DNA of 63,188 nucleotides, the filler included, from Octopus bimaculoides (lineage: Eukaryota), in assembly GCF_001194135.2 (NCBI RefSeq). It is 7 parts of 6 records of this genome, joined end to end, with 100 filler letters (N's around TTAATTAATTAA, not from the genome) between each part and the next. Parts side by side here need not be neighbours in the genome. Positions count along the whole stretch, not along the records: positions 1 to 16,749 come from NC_068998.1; 6 more parts are not named here. One strand, written 5' to 3'. Position numbers and translations under genes: made by a program. The notes below the pieces were generated by a model. It had not been told where the DNA came from. It did not search any database and saw only the letters and a list, made by a program, of their open reading frames with translations. Positions 1 through 11,665 of this stretch are shown here, piece after piece (positions within the stretch are counted from its first letter, which is position 1; every line of letters begins with the position of its first letter).

Positions 1-703
1 AATTACTATCCAAGGATAAGACATAAATAATTGGTCATTAATTCACTCAATTCAAATTAATATTTCATTTCAAAAGAAAAGAACTTCTGTCAAACAGTTA
101 TGTATAGAATTTGCCTATCAGGTTATTTTGTAATAATTGGTAGACCCAAGGTAGCAAGCTGGCGGCATTGTTTGATAGCTGGGCAAAATGCTGAGACACA
201 TTTCATCTGTTTTTACATTCTGAGTTCAATTTCCACAGTTTTTTGCCTTTTTTTCTTTTATTTCTTTCAGTCCTTTGACTGCAGCCATGCTGGAGCACAG
301 CCTTTTAGTTGAAAAAAATTAACCACAGGACTTGTTCTTTGTAAGCCTAGTACTTATTCTACCTGTCTGTTTTGCTGAACTGCTAAGTTACATGGACAGA
401 AAAATGTTATTAGTACATACTCCAATAAGATCAGAATCTACACCATCTGAAGCATATTTGTAGGAAATTTCATTTAAAAATATCCATTTTCTGGAAGTTA
501 TGAGGAAACAAAGTCAGTGGGTACGCATTTGTAGGAATGCCTCTTTATCTTACTGCTTTATCTAATTTTGTCATACTTATATTTGTTCATAAACTTGTGT
601 ATCCACTTACTTATCAGTCTGTTTATTTATCATTATCTTTCTCTCACTTAGCTGCAGTGTATTACTGGTACTCATTTCACTGACTTTAGAAGATAAAAAT
701 ATA

Positions 704-975
704 GTTTATAAGCCTTTTAAGAAACACAAAAAAACCGTTAGATTCACTTTTAAATTTAATAAGCCAAAATATTTTCGTCGCTTTGAGACCGCGACCAGTT
801 CACTGACAAAATTCCATGATGCAGCATGGAATTTTAGAAGTTGAAGTGAATCTAGCAGTTTTTGTGTGTTTCTTAAATGGCTTATAAACACCTTCCACAC
901 TGCAATTGTTTTTGTTCCAGCACACGATCTCAGATCAGGTCACTTGCTATGCAAGTACATCTCTAAAATTATAGT
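704..975. mobile_element. Foldback repeat, probably a PLE terminal-repeat junction
   Basis: Inverted arms 704-749 (gtttataagcc...gattcactt) and 844-889 (aagtgaatct...ggcttataaac); central palindrome aaaattccatg-N6-catggaatttt at 808-835. PLE assignment is inferred from architecture. Confidence 0.5.
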
Positions 976-1187
976 TGGCACAGCTGATTTTGAATGTTTT
1001 TGTTTAATGGCATAGTTAGTAGAGAGATAGTATCCTTTACACTTTCCCAAAGCATCCAAGACTAATGAGAAAGAGAGGGAAGACTTATCTCCTGTCTGAA
1101 ATCTGCAACAGAATGATTTCAGCTAAAAGCACCCAAAGGCTAGCAGACGGTGTTAAAGAAGTTCAACACTTTCCAGGTTATATAGAG

Positions 1188-1365
1188 ATCATCATCATCA
1201 TCGTTTAACGTCTGCTTTCCATGCTAGCATGGGTTGGACGATTTGACTGTGGACTGGCGAAGCGGATGGCTACACCAGACTTCAATCTGATCTGGCAGAG
1301 TTTCTACAGCTGGATGCCCTTCCTAACGCCAACCACTCCGACAGTGTAGTGGGTGCTTTTTACGT
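1188..1365 (+). mobile_element. Interspersed repeat family C, (ATC)n-headed retroposon fragment
   Basis: atcatcatc-gtttaacgtc...ttccatgctagcatgggttggacg...ggatgcccttcctaacgccaacc; the same end recurs inverted at about 47919-47995. Confidence 0.65.
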
Positions 1366-1583
1366 AAAACTTTCTGCATTGTTAGAAGCTTACATATTTT
1401 CCTTTTCTTTTTCTATATTATAAAGCATTTGTCTGTTGCTCCACTGATTCTGTTAAACAATGAATATGGAGCATATTTAACTAGTATTGATTTTATAATG
1501 TGCCAGAATTTATGAAATGTGATGCCAGTCTTACATGGCAGGATTTGAACTCTGGATGTAAAATGATTAACTAAATATGCACA

Positions 1584-1816
1584 AGGCGGCGAGCTGGCAG
1601 AATTGTTAACACGCTGGGCGAAATGCTTAGTGATATTTCGTCTGCCGTTACATTCTGAGTTCAAATTCTGCCGAGGTCGACTTTGCTTTTCATCCTTTCG
1701 GGGTCGATAAATTAAGTACCAGCTACGCACTGGGGTTGATGCAATCGACTTAATCCCTTTGTCTGTCCTTGTTTGTCCCCTCTATGTTTAGCCCCTTGTG
1801 GGCAATAAAGAAATAA
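1584..1816 (+). mobile_element. tRNA-derived SINE family A, full length
   Basis: A-box-like tggcagaattg, B-box gagttcaaattc, core cctttcggggtcgataaattaagtacc; flanking direct repeat taaatatgc(a/c)caaggc at 1572-1587 and 1814-1829. Confidence 0.85.
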
Positions 1817-2721
1817 ATATGCCCAAGGCATTAAGTCTGGCATCTCCATGTTTGATTATTTGAATTGAATTGTAATAACAGGAAAAATTTGAGAAAAGGA
1901 ATTACATTTGAAAGAAATGAAAAAAAAAATGTATATATCTGCAGGTGTTATGTATGAAAATGGTGTGTGACGCACTCAGTTTCCAATTTATTGGTTTCTG
2001 GTTTTCTCTAAACAGCAGAGAAAAAGACTTTTAATGAATTGAATTCTTTAAAGAAGTATATTCTGTAGAACTTTAGTGTTACAGCACTAAAGTTCATCAC
2101 AGAGTTGTTGACTACAAAAAATTTCGTTTTAAAAAGTCTGTGGACAGTGAATAGGACAAATGCAGGAATAATTTGAAAACAAAATTTAACGATATTGATT
2201 GAGGTGTATGCAAACATTGTGCATCATCATGTGAGTTCCATGATTATACACATGAAACTGTCCTTCGTATGCACAGTTGCAAACACTGGTGGGTAAACAT
2301 CCACTTGTAACACTCACATTTGTGCACACGCAAATGCATGTATATAAACGCAAGCAATATTTTTAGTATGAATATTGGAGGAAGTAACACTTAATTTTTT
2401 TTGAATGGCAAAACAAGAAACACTATAAAACAAAACAAAAAAATAAACAATAATAATAATGATAACAACAACAACAACAATAATAATAATAATAGTAATC
2501 ATGATTTTATTTATTTGCCACCCGGGTGAAAGATGAGGCAGGACAATACAAAGACAGATATAAAGTGCTGGGGTTTACATATTCTGAAATGATAAAATAT
2601 ATATAAAAAAAAAACCCAGCTGTTTTTCCTCTCACGAAGAAGGTTCATAAGCTTTTTGCGATCTCACTATGTCAGAATATCTGACACTTTGTTAATAAGA
2701 TTGTAATTAACCAGGCTGCAG

Positions 2722-2960
2722 TGAAGGCACATGGCCTAGAGGTTAGGGTGTTTGAACTCATAACCATGGCATCATGGCTTCAATTCCTGTTGCAGGTTAT
2801 GCCTTGTGTTCTTGAGGAAATCCTTTCATTTTACATTGCCCTGCAATCACATCAACACCTGATGTGTGGTCCACTGGGCACCTGTTCAGGTAATGTCGAT
2901 TTGATGGAGAGAGAGAGAGAGATGTAATGCACAGTACAAACGTTTGATCACTATAAACAA
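2722..2960 (+). mobile_element. Degenerate tRNA-headed SINE family E
   Basis: tggcctagaggttagg...ttcaattcc head; body acacctga(t/c)gtgtgg...tgttcagg...gtcgatttgatggag shared with 21525-21650. Confidence 0.55.
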
Positions 2961-3031
2961 ATTCCTGGATATATGAAGATGTCTGGAATTAGTCTGGAAC
3001 TAAAGAATCTTTAATTCTAAACTAATTGTAG

Positions 3032-3085
3032 TGATGGTAATGTCCTTTCCTATTAAAACCACTGATGAAAGTTTTAGTTTGTTTG
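3032..3085 (+). CDS. Candidate internal exon (phase 1-1), unknown product
   Basis: tgtag|TGATGG...TTTG|gtatgt; 54 nt, open frame [17 protein letters not shown]; weak polypyrimidine tract, no recognised homolog. Confidence 0.25.
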
Positions 3086-3224
3086 GTATGTTATTATCTC
3101 GCATACATATTCATACCGGTCTCAGTCATATCGACATAGACATTAGTTATACCTATACAAAAACATTTTCTTCATATATAACTGCTTACGTTTCAATAAA
3201 TGTAGACCAAATAAACACAATGCA

Positions 3225-3284
3225 TACATATATATGTGTGTGTGTGAGTGTGTGTGTGTGTGTGTGTATATATATATGTGTGTG

Positions 3285-3325
<41 letters not shown>

Positions 3326-3520
3326 ATATGTATATATATGTATATATATGTATATGTATATATATGTATATATATATATGTATGTATATATGTATATATA
3401 TGTATATATATGTATATGTATATATATATGTATATATATATATGTATATATATATGTATATATATATATGTATATATATATGTATATATATATGTATATA
3501 TATATGTATATATATATATG

Positions 3521-3551
<31 letters not shown>

Positions 3552-3566
3552 GTATCTATATATATG

Positions 3567-3617
<51 letters not shown>

Positions 3618-3675
3618 GTATGTATATATATATGTATATATGTGATTATGTATATATAAATATAGAATATATACA

Positions 3676-3724
<49 letters not shown>

Positions 3725-3755
3725 GTATACATGCATACATAATAAGAGAGAGAGA
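3225..3755. repeat. Compound microsatellite (TG)n/(TA)n with (TATATATGTA)-type higher-order unit, then (GA)n
   Basis: Directly visible; source of the YI/VC low-complexity ORFs. Confidence 0.95.
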
Positions 3756-3847
3756 GAGAGAGAAAAGAGGGAGAAAATCACTGTGTACCCCCACACAAGA
3801 TTCTGTGTACACATTATACTTCTCAATATACATTATATTTGCAAGCA

Positions 3848-3882
<35 letters not shown>

Positions 3883-4504
3883 CCAGTCACAGTACAATAA
3901 CAAACAGAAATGTAGTTAATTGGTTTCTGTCTATTCTTGAGTAGCCAGTTATCAATCTAATTAAACATTAAATAACTTTTCCAGTAATAGGTTTTCCTAG
4001 GTTTTTCTGTTCATTTTACCCCGTTATTCCATAACTTTGAATTAACTGGCAAAAGATTAACCATTTATAAAACGTAGTTGAGATTTATTCACTCTAGATT
4101 TTAGCTCCACTTCAGATACAGCATCTGATTGAACACATCTTACACACACACACACACACACACACATTCTCTCTCTTTCTTACACACACACACGCATATA
4201 TAGTGCTCTGTGCAAATAAGGTTGTGTGGATAAAATGTTTACTTTACAACTGCATAGCTTCAGGTTTGTTGGAACTGCATTGCACCTTGGGCAAGCATTT
4301 TTTCTTTATCCTTAGGTTAACCAATGCTCAGAATAAAACAGTAAAACAGTAAACATTGCAATGTATGTGCAGACATTACTATGTTTCGGAAGTTTGCTTC
4401 AGAAGTGTGTTTAATTTCACTCTTGCAAACTTAAGGCAAATGTCTTCTATGACAGACTTGATTCACCCAAATTGGAATAAGTAGATAGTAACTTTGATTT
4501 AAAC

Positions 4505-4800
4505 TGTTAGATGAATTATTTGCATTATTTACATTTGACGGATATTTGTCCTTATTTTGTTTGTTGTTAGCACACTGTTTCGGCTGATATACCTTCCAGC
4601 CTTCATCAGGTGTCTTGGGGAAATTTCGAACCTGGGTTCTCATTCCTATGGTATTTTTCAATATAATAATAATAATAATTATTATTATTACTATTATTAT
4701 TCAAGTTACTGCCTGGAATTGAACTTGGAATCTTGGGGTTAGTAGCCTGCACTCTTAACCACTATGCCATATGCGCATGGACATATGTTAGATGAATTAT
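4505..4800 (-). mobile_element. Composite element: tRNA-like head + (AAT)n + PLE-type tail with hammerhead motif
   Basis: Minus strand A-box TGGCATAGTGG (4769-4759), B-box-like AAGTTCAATTCC (4726-4715), tail shared with 13221-13500; 15-bp direct repeat tgttagatgaattat at 4505-4519 and 4786-4800. Confidence 0.7.
4569..4614 (-). ncRNA. Degenerate type I hammerhead ribozyme motif
   Basis: GACAC-CTGATGA-A-GGCTG-gaaggtatat-CAGCC-GAAA-CAGT-GTGCT; core and stem II intact, cleavage triplet mutated. Confidence 0.65.
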
Positions 4801-5020
4801 ACGTATTAACAGTTTCTAATTTTGGCAATGTCAGTGGGAGGGGTAAGTCAGTTACATCGACATCAGTAATCGACCCCAAAAGGATGAAATGCAAAGTTGA
4901 CCTCAGCAGAATTTAAACTCATGTTGTTAAGCAATTTTCCCAGTCTGCTATCACCTCTGCCAACTGGCCCCCTTAATTATAGTTAAATGGTAAGCTTCAT
5001 CTGTTTCCATTTTTTTACAG

Positions 5021-5094
5021 CACCTCCTGGTGTTTGGGTATCTTTAGCAGAGGATATTCTTTTGGAAGCGTTCAGACCAAGTACCTCTTTCTAA
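5021..5094 (+). CDS. Candidate terminal exon, unknown product
   Basis: Strong acceptor ctgtttccatttttttacag|; phase 1 frame (A)PPGVWVSLAEDILLEAFRPSTSF*, phase-compatible with 3032-3085. Other frames are also partly open. Confidence 0.25.
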
Positions 5095-5271
5095 CCTGGG
5101 GACAATTCAGTATTTTGATGCAGTGATTCTTACTCCAGTTAAATCTGAGTTTAAGATTCAACATTCTTTTTGATCAGTCAATCTTACTCTTCAAAAAGGT
5201 TGAGGTTACTGCCCTTCTGCTTTTGACTAGGCTCTGAAAAAAAAAAAAAAAACTTATGATGCATATGAATG

Positions 5272-5976
5272 CAAGCGTGGCTGTGTGGTAAGAAGCTTGC
5301 TTCCCAAGCACATGGTTCCAGGTTCAGTCTCATTACTAGGCAAGTGTGTCTTTTACTATAATCTTGCGTTGACTGAAAAAGCTTTGAGTGGATTTGGTAG
5401 ACAGAAATTGAAACAAGATTGACAACCAGTGTTGATGTGTTTATGTCCTGATAACTTAACAGTTTGGCAAATGATAGACTAAGTACCAGGAGTGGCTGTG
5501 TGGTCAGTAGCTTGCTTACCAACCACATGGTTCTGGGTTCAGTCCCACTGCGTGGCACCTTGGGCAAGTGTCTTCTACTATAGCCTCGGGCCGACCAAAG
5601 CCTTGTGAGTGAATTTGGTAGACAGAAACTGAAAGAAGCCCATCATATATATGTATATATATATATATGTATGTGTGTTTGTGTGTCTGTGTTTGTCCCC
5701 CCACCATCGCTTGACAACCGATGCTGGTGTGTTTATGTCCCCGTAACTTAGCGGTTCGGCAAAAAGGGACCAATAGAATAAGTACTAGGCTTACAAAGAA
5801 TAAGTCCTGGGGTCGATTTTCTCGACTAAAGGTGGTGCTCCAGCCTGGCCACAGTCAAATGGCTGAAACAAGTAAAAGAGAGTAAAAGAGCAAAGAGGTC
5901 GATTCAGTCAACTAAAAATTCTTCAAGGCACTGCCCCAACTTAACCACAGTCAAATGACTGAAACAAGTAAAAGAG
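5272..5976 (+). mobile_element. Nested SINE family B: younger full copy (5488-5890) inside an older copy (5272-5487 + 5895-5976)
   Basis: A-box tggctgtgtgg, B-box ggttcagtccc, tail gactgaaacaagtaaaagag; the outer copy carries the extra aaaattcttc segment. Confidence 0.85.
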
Positions 5977-6601
5977 AATTAATTGGACCAAAAATAATTG
6001 AACACAAAAATATTTTAGAGGCAATGCTAAGCCACTGTTGTTGACAATAATTTTATAAAATTATCCATTATTGATCAAGTTTAAATCAAATTTAACCCAT
6101 ATTTCTTATGCATAACACTGGCTTTGTTAATTTTACATTCAAATGATCTGAAGAGAAAAATCATGGTTGACACACACTCAAGAAACACATGTATGAACAA
6201 CTGTATTTTGGGTGTGAATGAATCTTATGCAGTGTTCTTTTTTTTATTTTGTCTTGTAAAATTCTTTGAGAAAAGTGCCTAATATTGATTTTTTACAATA
6301 TTGTTCTCACAGTGATAAATGTATAATTTTCATCCAAATTGACCATGCCAATTTTGCATCATAATTGCAGACTTCACCCAATTTTTCAACACCCCCCCCC
6401 ACCACCACTCATCCAGTGTCAATTATGGAAACACCTCGTATATATTAGTATGAAGTTTTAACGAGAATAATGTGTAGATAGATGGTGAATATCAAAATAA
6501 AGAGAATATGTTCCTGTGTGCTTGTGTGCATCTGTGAAACGTAAGTGGGCTACGAAAAGAAGAGGGTTATCGTTAAAATTCATGCATGTATATATAGTTT
6601 A

Positions 6602-6931
6602 GGAGTGTGGTTAAGTCATTATGGTTATTCAGCTCATGACTGTGAAGTTGTGAGTTCAATTCCCAATGGTATGTTATAACCTTTTACAAAGCACTTTATT
6701 TCATGTTGCTCCATTCCACTTCGAATGCAAAATAAATTTGTACCAGTAATTCAAAGCGCCAGCCTTGTCACATTTGGTGCAGTGTGCTCAATCTATTTGA
6801 GAAGTACATTAGGGGTACATGTGTCTAAGGAATGCTCAGCCGCTTGCACAGTAATTTAACAAGCAGGTTGTTCCAGTGTTCGTAGAAAATGGAACACTTG
6901 TCACCATAATCAAGGGAGAGCCGGTCCGTAC
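6602..6931 (+). mobile_element. Degenerate SINE family D
   Basis: tRNA-like head (gagttcaattccc) and body ggaatgctcagccgcttgcac...gttgttcc; related inverted pieces at about 49215-49330 and 55230-55380. Confidence 0.55.
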
Positions 6932-7142
6932 NNNNNNNNNNNNNNNNNNNNNNNNNNNNNNNNNNNNNNNNNNNNNNNNNNNNNNNNNNNNNNNNNNNNN
7001 NNNNNNNNNNNNNNNNNNNNNNNNNNNNNNNNNNNNNNNNNNNNNNNNNNNNNNNNNNNNNNNNNNNNNNNNNNNNNNNNNNNNNNNNNNNNNNNNNNNN
7101 NNNNNNNNNNNNNNNNNNNNNNNNNNNNNNNNNNNNNNNNNN

Positions 7143-7182
<40 letters not shown>

Positions 7183-7192
7183 CAAACACACA

Positions 7193-7420
7193 TTCTTTTA
7201 TTTGTTTCAGTCCTTTGAATGCAGCCATGTTGGAGTACAGCCTTTAGTCGAACAAATCGACCCCAGGATTTATTCCTTGCAAGCATAGCACTTATTCTAT
7301 CAGTCTCTTTGGTTGAACCACTAAGTTACGGGGACATAAACACACCAACATCGATTGTCAAGCAATGGTAGGTAGACAAACACAGACACACTAACATATA
7401 CATACATACTTACATACATA

Positions 7421-7452
<32 letters not shown>

Positions 7453-7617
7453 CATATATATGATGGGCTTCTTTTAGTCTCCATCTACCAAATCTACTCA
7501 CAAGGCTTTGATCAGCCTGAAGCTATAGGAGAAGACACTTGCCCGAAGTGACATGCAGTGGGACTGAACCTGGAACCATGTGGTTTGTAAGCAAGCTACT
7601 TACCACACGGCCACTCC
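7193..7617 (-). mobile_element. SINE family B, full length
   Basis: Reverse complement of the 5488-5890 consensus with internal (TACA)n. Confidence 0.85.
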
Positions 7618-8989
7618 TGCACTTAAATATATATATATATAAAATTAGTTATAGGATTCAATAGAATCTAGACACATCAAGAAATATGATGCTGAAAATG
7701 GCTAGGTAAAATAACATAGGGTTCACAGTGAGGTGAAACAGCCATGAAGGTATCAGGTGTTGGTAAGATACTGAAAATATGTATGTACCAAATCCAATTT
7801 AAACTGTAGCTCTGACTCAGGGCTGGTTCTAGGTGTGGTATGTCTATCTATTTTTTTACACTTAATCTGTCAATAAAAACATTTTGAGAGGAGAAATGTA
7901 TCAAAACTGTGTTTATCTTATCAATGACCCCATAAACAGTCCAACTATCCACATCATCAACCAGAAGCGAAGGATAGGGGCTGAAATTTACCCAGGTTAA
8001 ACAGACTAGCAACAGTGAAGATAGGAGATATTAAAATATGAGACTTCACAAATGTTTGACTCACCTATATTTAGTGGTAGTTAACTTGGCAGAGTGCATC
8101 AGCAAACATTACAAAGAGCAATATTTGAAGGTGTAAATATAGAGATGTTTGTCAAATACATTAGGACCATGAATTCTGCAGAAGGCAGCTATAATAATGC
8201 TCTACCGAGCACAAAGTTTTAGACACACACACACATGCACAAACACATGCGCATGCACACATACACACACATATGAATACATATACTTACATTCACATGT
8301 ATATATATATATATATAGATGTACACACACACATATATGCATATATAAGCATATTTATGTAAGTATGAAAATCAAATGATGAAGATGATGATGGTGATGA
8401 TGATGATGGTGTGTGTAGTCTACATGGACAAACACTATGTATATTGGTCTGGAACAAAAAATGGTTTTATGAACCACTTTCATTGCTGCCCTTTTCAGAA
8501 TTCTTTCTCTTAATGCACATGTCTATTTATTTGTGTACTTAACAAGCTAAATCTGAATTACCTGTTAATCTATCTGTTTATATTTCCTTTAACTATTTAT
8601 TTAGAACTGGGAAAACAGTTTTCATGGAATATACAGATCCCCTCCTCTCTCTCTCTGTCTAGCTAATGAGGTTCAACCTCAGTGATCATTCTTGAGATTA
8701 TCTCCCTTTTTTCTCAACTACCATTTGGTGATTGTGACATCTCTAGAGGTGGAGATAATTTTAATAAATAAAGAATATATGCTGTATGGTACTTGATATG
8801 TCTGTATTTGTCTGTTTTGTTCATATATGTGCCATCAGTCACTCTTAGCTGTTTCTCTAAGAACATTTAGGAAATCTAAGCTTTGGTAACATGATACTTA
8901 TCAGAAAATAGAGTAGCCGTTAACTGCCCAGTGCAAAGACATGAGGGTTGATAACATTATCATAAAACTAACATTAAAGGGATATCAGA

Positions 8990-9180
8990 CAACTGGACAA
9001 AATGCTTAACTGAATCCTTCCAGCTTTACATTTTGAGTTCAAAAACCACTGAGGCTAGCTTTATCATTCTTTGTTTTGCAGTTGATAAAATAAGTATCAG
9101 TTGACCAATGGGGTCGATGTATTTAACTAGCCCCTCCCCACAAAAATTTCAGGCCATTAGCCTGTAGTAGAAAGAATTAT
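8990..9180 (+). mobile_element. SINE family A, degenerate
   Basis: gagttcaaa B-box, ggggtcgatgta core, tagtagaaagaattat tail. Confidence 0.65.
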
Positions 9181-9949
9181 TTATAAATAGTGCATGCAAA
9201 TTATTTGAAGTTATTGTTTACATTATAATGAGGTACTAAGACACAGAGCATTAGCAAAAGGGAGGAATATGAACATTCCTCTCCTGTTAGCCTTCGTAGG
9301 GTTTCTGGGTTCAAACTTCACTCATGAAGGCTTTGACTGACTTAGTGCTATAGAAGAATACACCTGCTGAAGTTACCATACAACGGGATTAAACCTGAAA
9401 TGTGTAATTGGAATTCATATTCTTTAAACAGACAGCCTTGTTTGCACTCATTAAACAATATATAGTCCTGAGGTGGAACGAATTTTGTAGTATTGTCCCA
9501 CAAATTTTCTGAAAATATCAGACTGATTTCCGTTTAATTATGCCTCATCAGTCTCCATTTAAACTTGGCATTGTGGTGAGAGATAATAGCTTAGAGCTAT
9601 GTAGAACGCATTGGCTGGCTTAAAACTGCGTAAGCCAATTTACATATTAGAGTTAGTTTGACAACTGTTAAAAAATTCTTTCAACCGAACACAGTATGAA
9701 TACTAAAACATTCAGTATATCGATTTTTAAACTTTCTTTTTATTTACTTTTCACTGTGTATTTGGTGAAAAAGAATTTAGAAAACAATGTTTGAATGAAT
9801 AAGTAAATTGAACTAGCGATTCATACATTACACATTAATATTGTCCGACAGACATTTTTATGGTGTCTTGCTGGGCAGAAGCACTTATTTTTATCGCAGT
9901 TATTGAACTCACCTTTGCATGAATATAAAGAATTTATTTGTGTTTGTGG

Positions 9950-10550
9950 TTGATCCCTGCTCCAGAAGATATCTGACCAAATGAGTTCAAGCTGCGACTG
10001 TCTGTATTTTAGTTTAACATTATGTGCCTAGGACTATATTATCCTATCCAATGTCTCCTCCATTCTTTTTAAAAATTGTATGACATGATTTGAGTAAGAT
10101 TTGGTTGCTATTTCTAAAAGGTTCAATAGATGTTTTGTTCTGTTTAGTGACATTCTTTTACGCCTTCAATTAAAATCTATTCAGATCAGTTTTATTTTTT
10201 GTCTCCATCGGGCATTTCATATAATGATAACCATTGTATGACTATATTTCCAGACCTCAACATTCCAAAGGCTGGCACTGATTTTGGTTTCTATTGTGTC
10301 AAATGAAAGGGAGATATATTTCCCTTTCAGTTCTACATAGTGTGGCAAGCTATTGCAGCTATCTTTTTCTCAAATAGAAAAAAAAATGAGGTTTGAGATG
10401 CAAGACATTATATTATTGTAGCATTCTGAGCAAGCCAACTATGAAACCTCTTGATTGTCAACTTATTAGAAACAGCAGCTAAACCTTCCTCAAATCACAC
10501 CCAGCAACCTTAAAAAGGACAAGTCACATTAGAAAATTTAGCCCTGGATA
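9950..10550. mobile_element. Two oppositely oriented copies of repeat family F
   Basis: ctaggactatattatcc...gatttgagtaagatttggttgctatttcta (about 10030-10120) versus its reverse complement at about 10460-10550; a third copy lies at 58920-59170. Confidence 0.55.
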
Positions 10551-11091
10551 TCTTGCTTGAAAATTAGAAGGTTGGAACTTTTGATCGTTAGTTCAATTGC
10601 TGTGAGATTATCTGGGCCTAATCAACAAATTATTGCAAGACGAATTTGTGCATTGAGAAATAAGTATCTTAGCCATGAAACCATCGTAGTACCAAGAATA
10701 TGGTACAGAGCACTGATCACTTGTTGGATTAGTCATTAATCTCTGTTCCAGCCTTCACCTTTGAGTCAGTCATTTCAGTGGTTGATTTCATTGGCTCCTT
10801 CCATTTCCCTATGAAAATTATCAACATTTTTTATTCTTGAGAATAATAGTACTCTTGGATACAGAGTTTTAGTATGCTAGTCACTATTTCTTTAAATTTG
10901 TGATAGAAGAATTATAAATACAGCACAAGCTTAAGGTTAGTTAATTCCCCAAGAATAGCACAGTAATGGTTCTTTTTCAGCCCTTCCATTATTTATCTGA
11001 CAAGATGAAGATCATTGTCTTTTATATGCACTTTTTCTTTACTGGCATGAATTAAACAAGAACTTTTAAGGCCATATTGTACATTTGGATA

Positions 11092-11292
11092 AGCAGCAAC
11101 CTGGCAGAATCACTAGCATGCTGGGTGAAGTGCTTAGTGGCATTTTGTCTGTCTTTATGTTCTGAGTTCAAATTCTTCCTTTCAGGGTAAATAAAATAAG
11201 TACCAGTGGAGTACTGGGGTTGATGTAATTGACTTGTCCCCATCCCATTCGAAATTACTGGCCTTGTGCCAAAATTTATTTAAAACCAATAT
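11092..11292 (+). mobile_element. SINE family A, internally deleted
   Basis: ctggcagaatc head, gagttcaaattc, aagtaccagt...ctggggttgatgtaat. Confidence 0.75.
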
Positions 11293-11474
11293 TGTCCAAA
11301 TGGATGTTATTCCTAATGCTAACAATGTCAATTCTTACTTGTAAGATTCTTTAATTCACATCTTCACCTGCCAAGCTCCTCCTAGATATTTTGTCTGTGA
11401 GGTACATGAATGATATAATCACTACAGTGGTGTCATTTAGAAGACCCATGGATAGAAATGCATGCACACACCTA

Positions 11475-11665
11475 TATATCTATACATATATATACATATA
11501 TATACATATATATACATATATACATATATATACATATATATACATATATATACATATATATACATATATATACATATATACATATATATACATATATATA
11601 CATATATATACATATATATACATATATATATATATACATATATATCTATATATCTATACATACAC
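11475..11665. repeat. (TATATACATA)n 10-mer microsatellite
   Basis: Directly visible. Confidence 0.95.

Noticed and set aside
3031-3944. Long YI/VC/HT-rich ORFs here and throughout the track
   Set aside because: Read-through of dinucleotide and tetranucleotide microsatellites or N runs.
7870-7995. About 40 open codons on both strands
   Set aside because: Weak splice sites and no recognisable motif.
9520-9556. Minus-strand CTGATGAGGC...GGAAATCAGTC
   Set aside because: Stem II is unpaired and stem III is absent.
10190-10310. Possible terminal exons on either strand
   Set aside because: Equally plausible on both strands; no supporting upstream exon.
11330-11430. KYLGGAW peptide resembling the choline kinase N-terminus
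   Set aside because: Flanks do not match and a stop follows four codons later.
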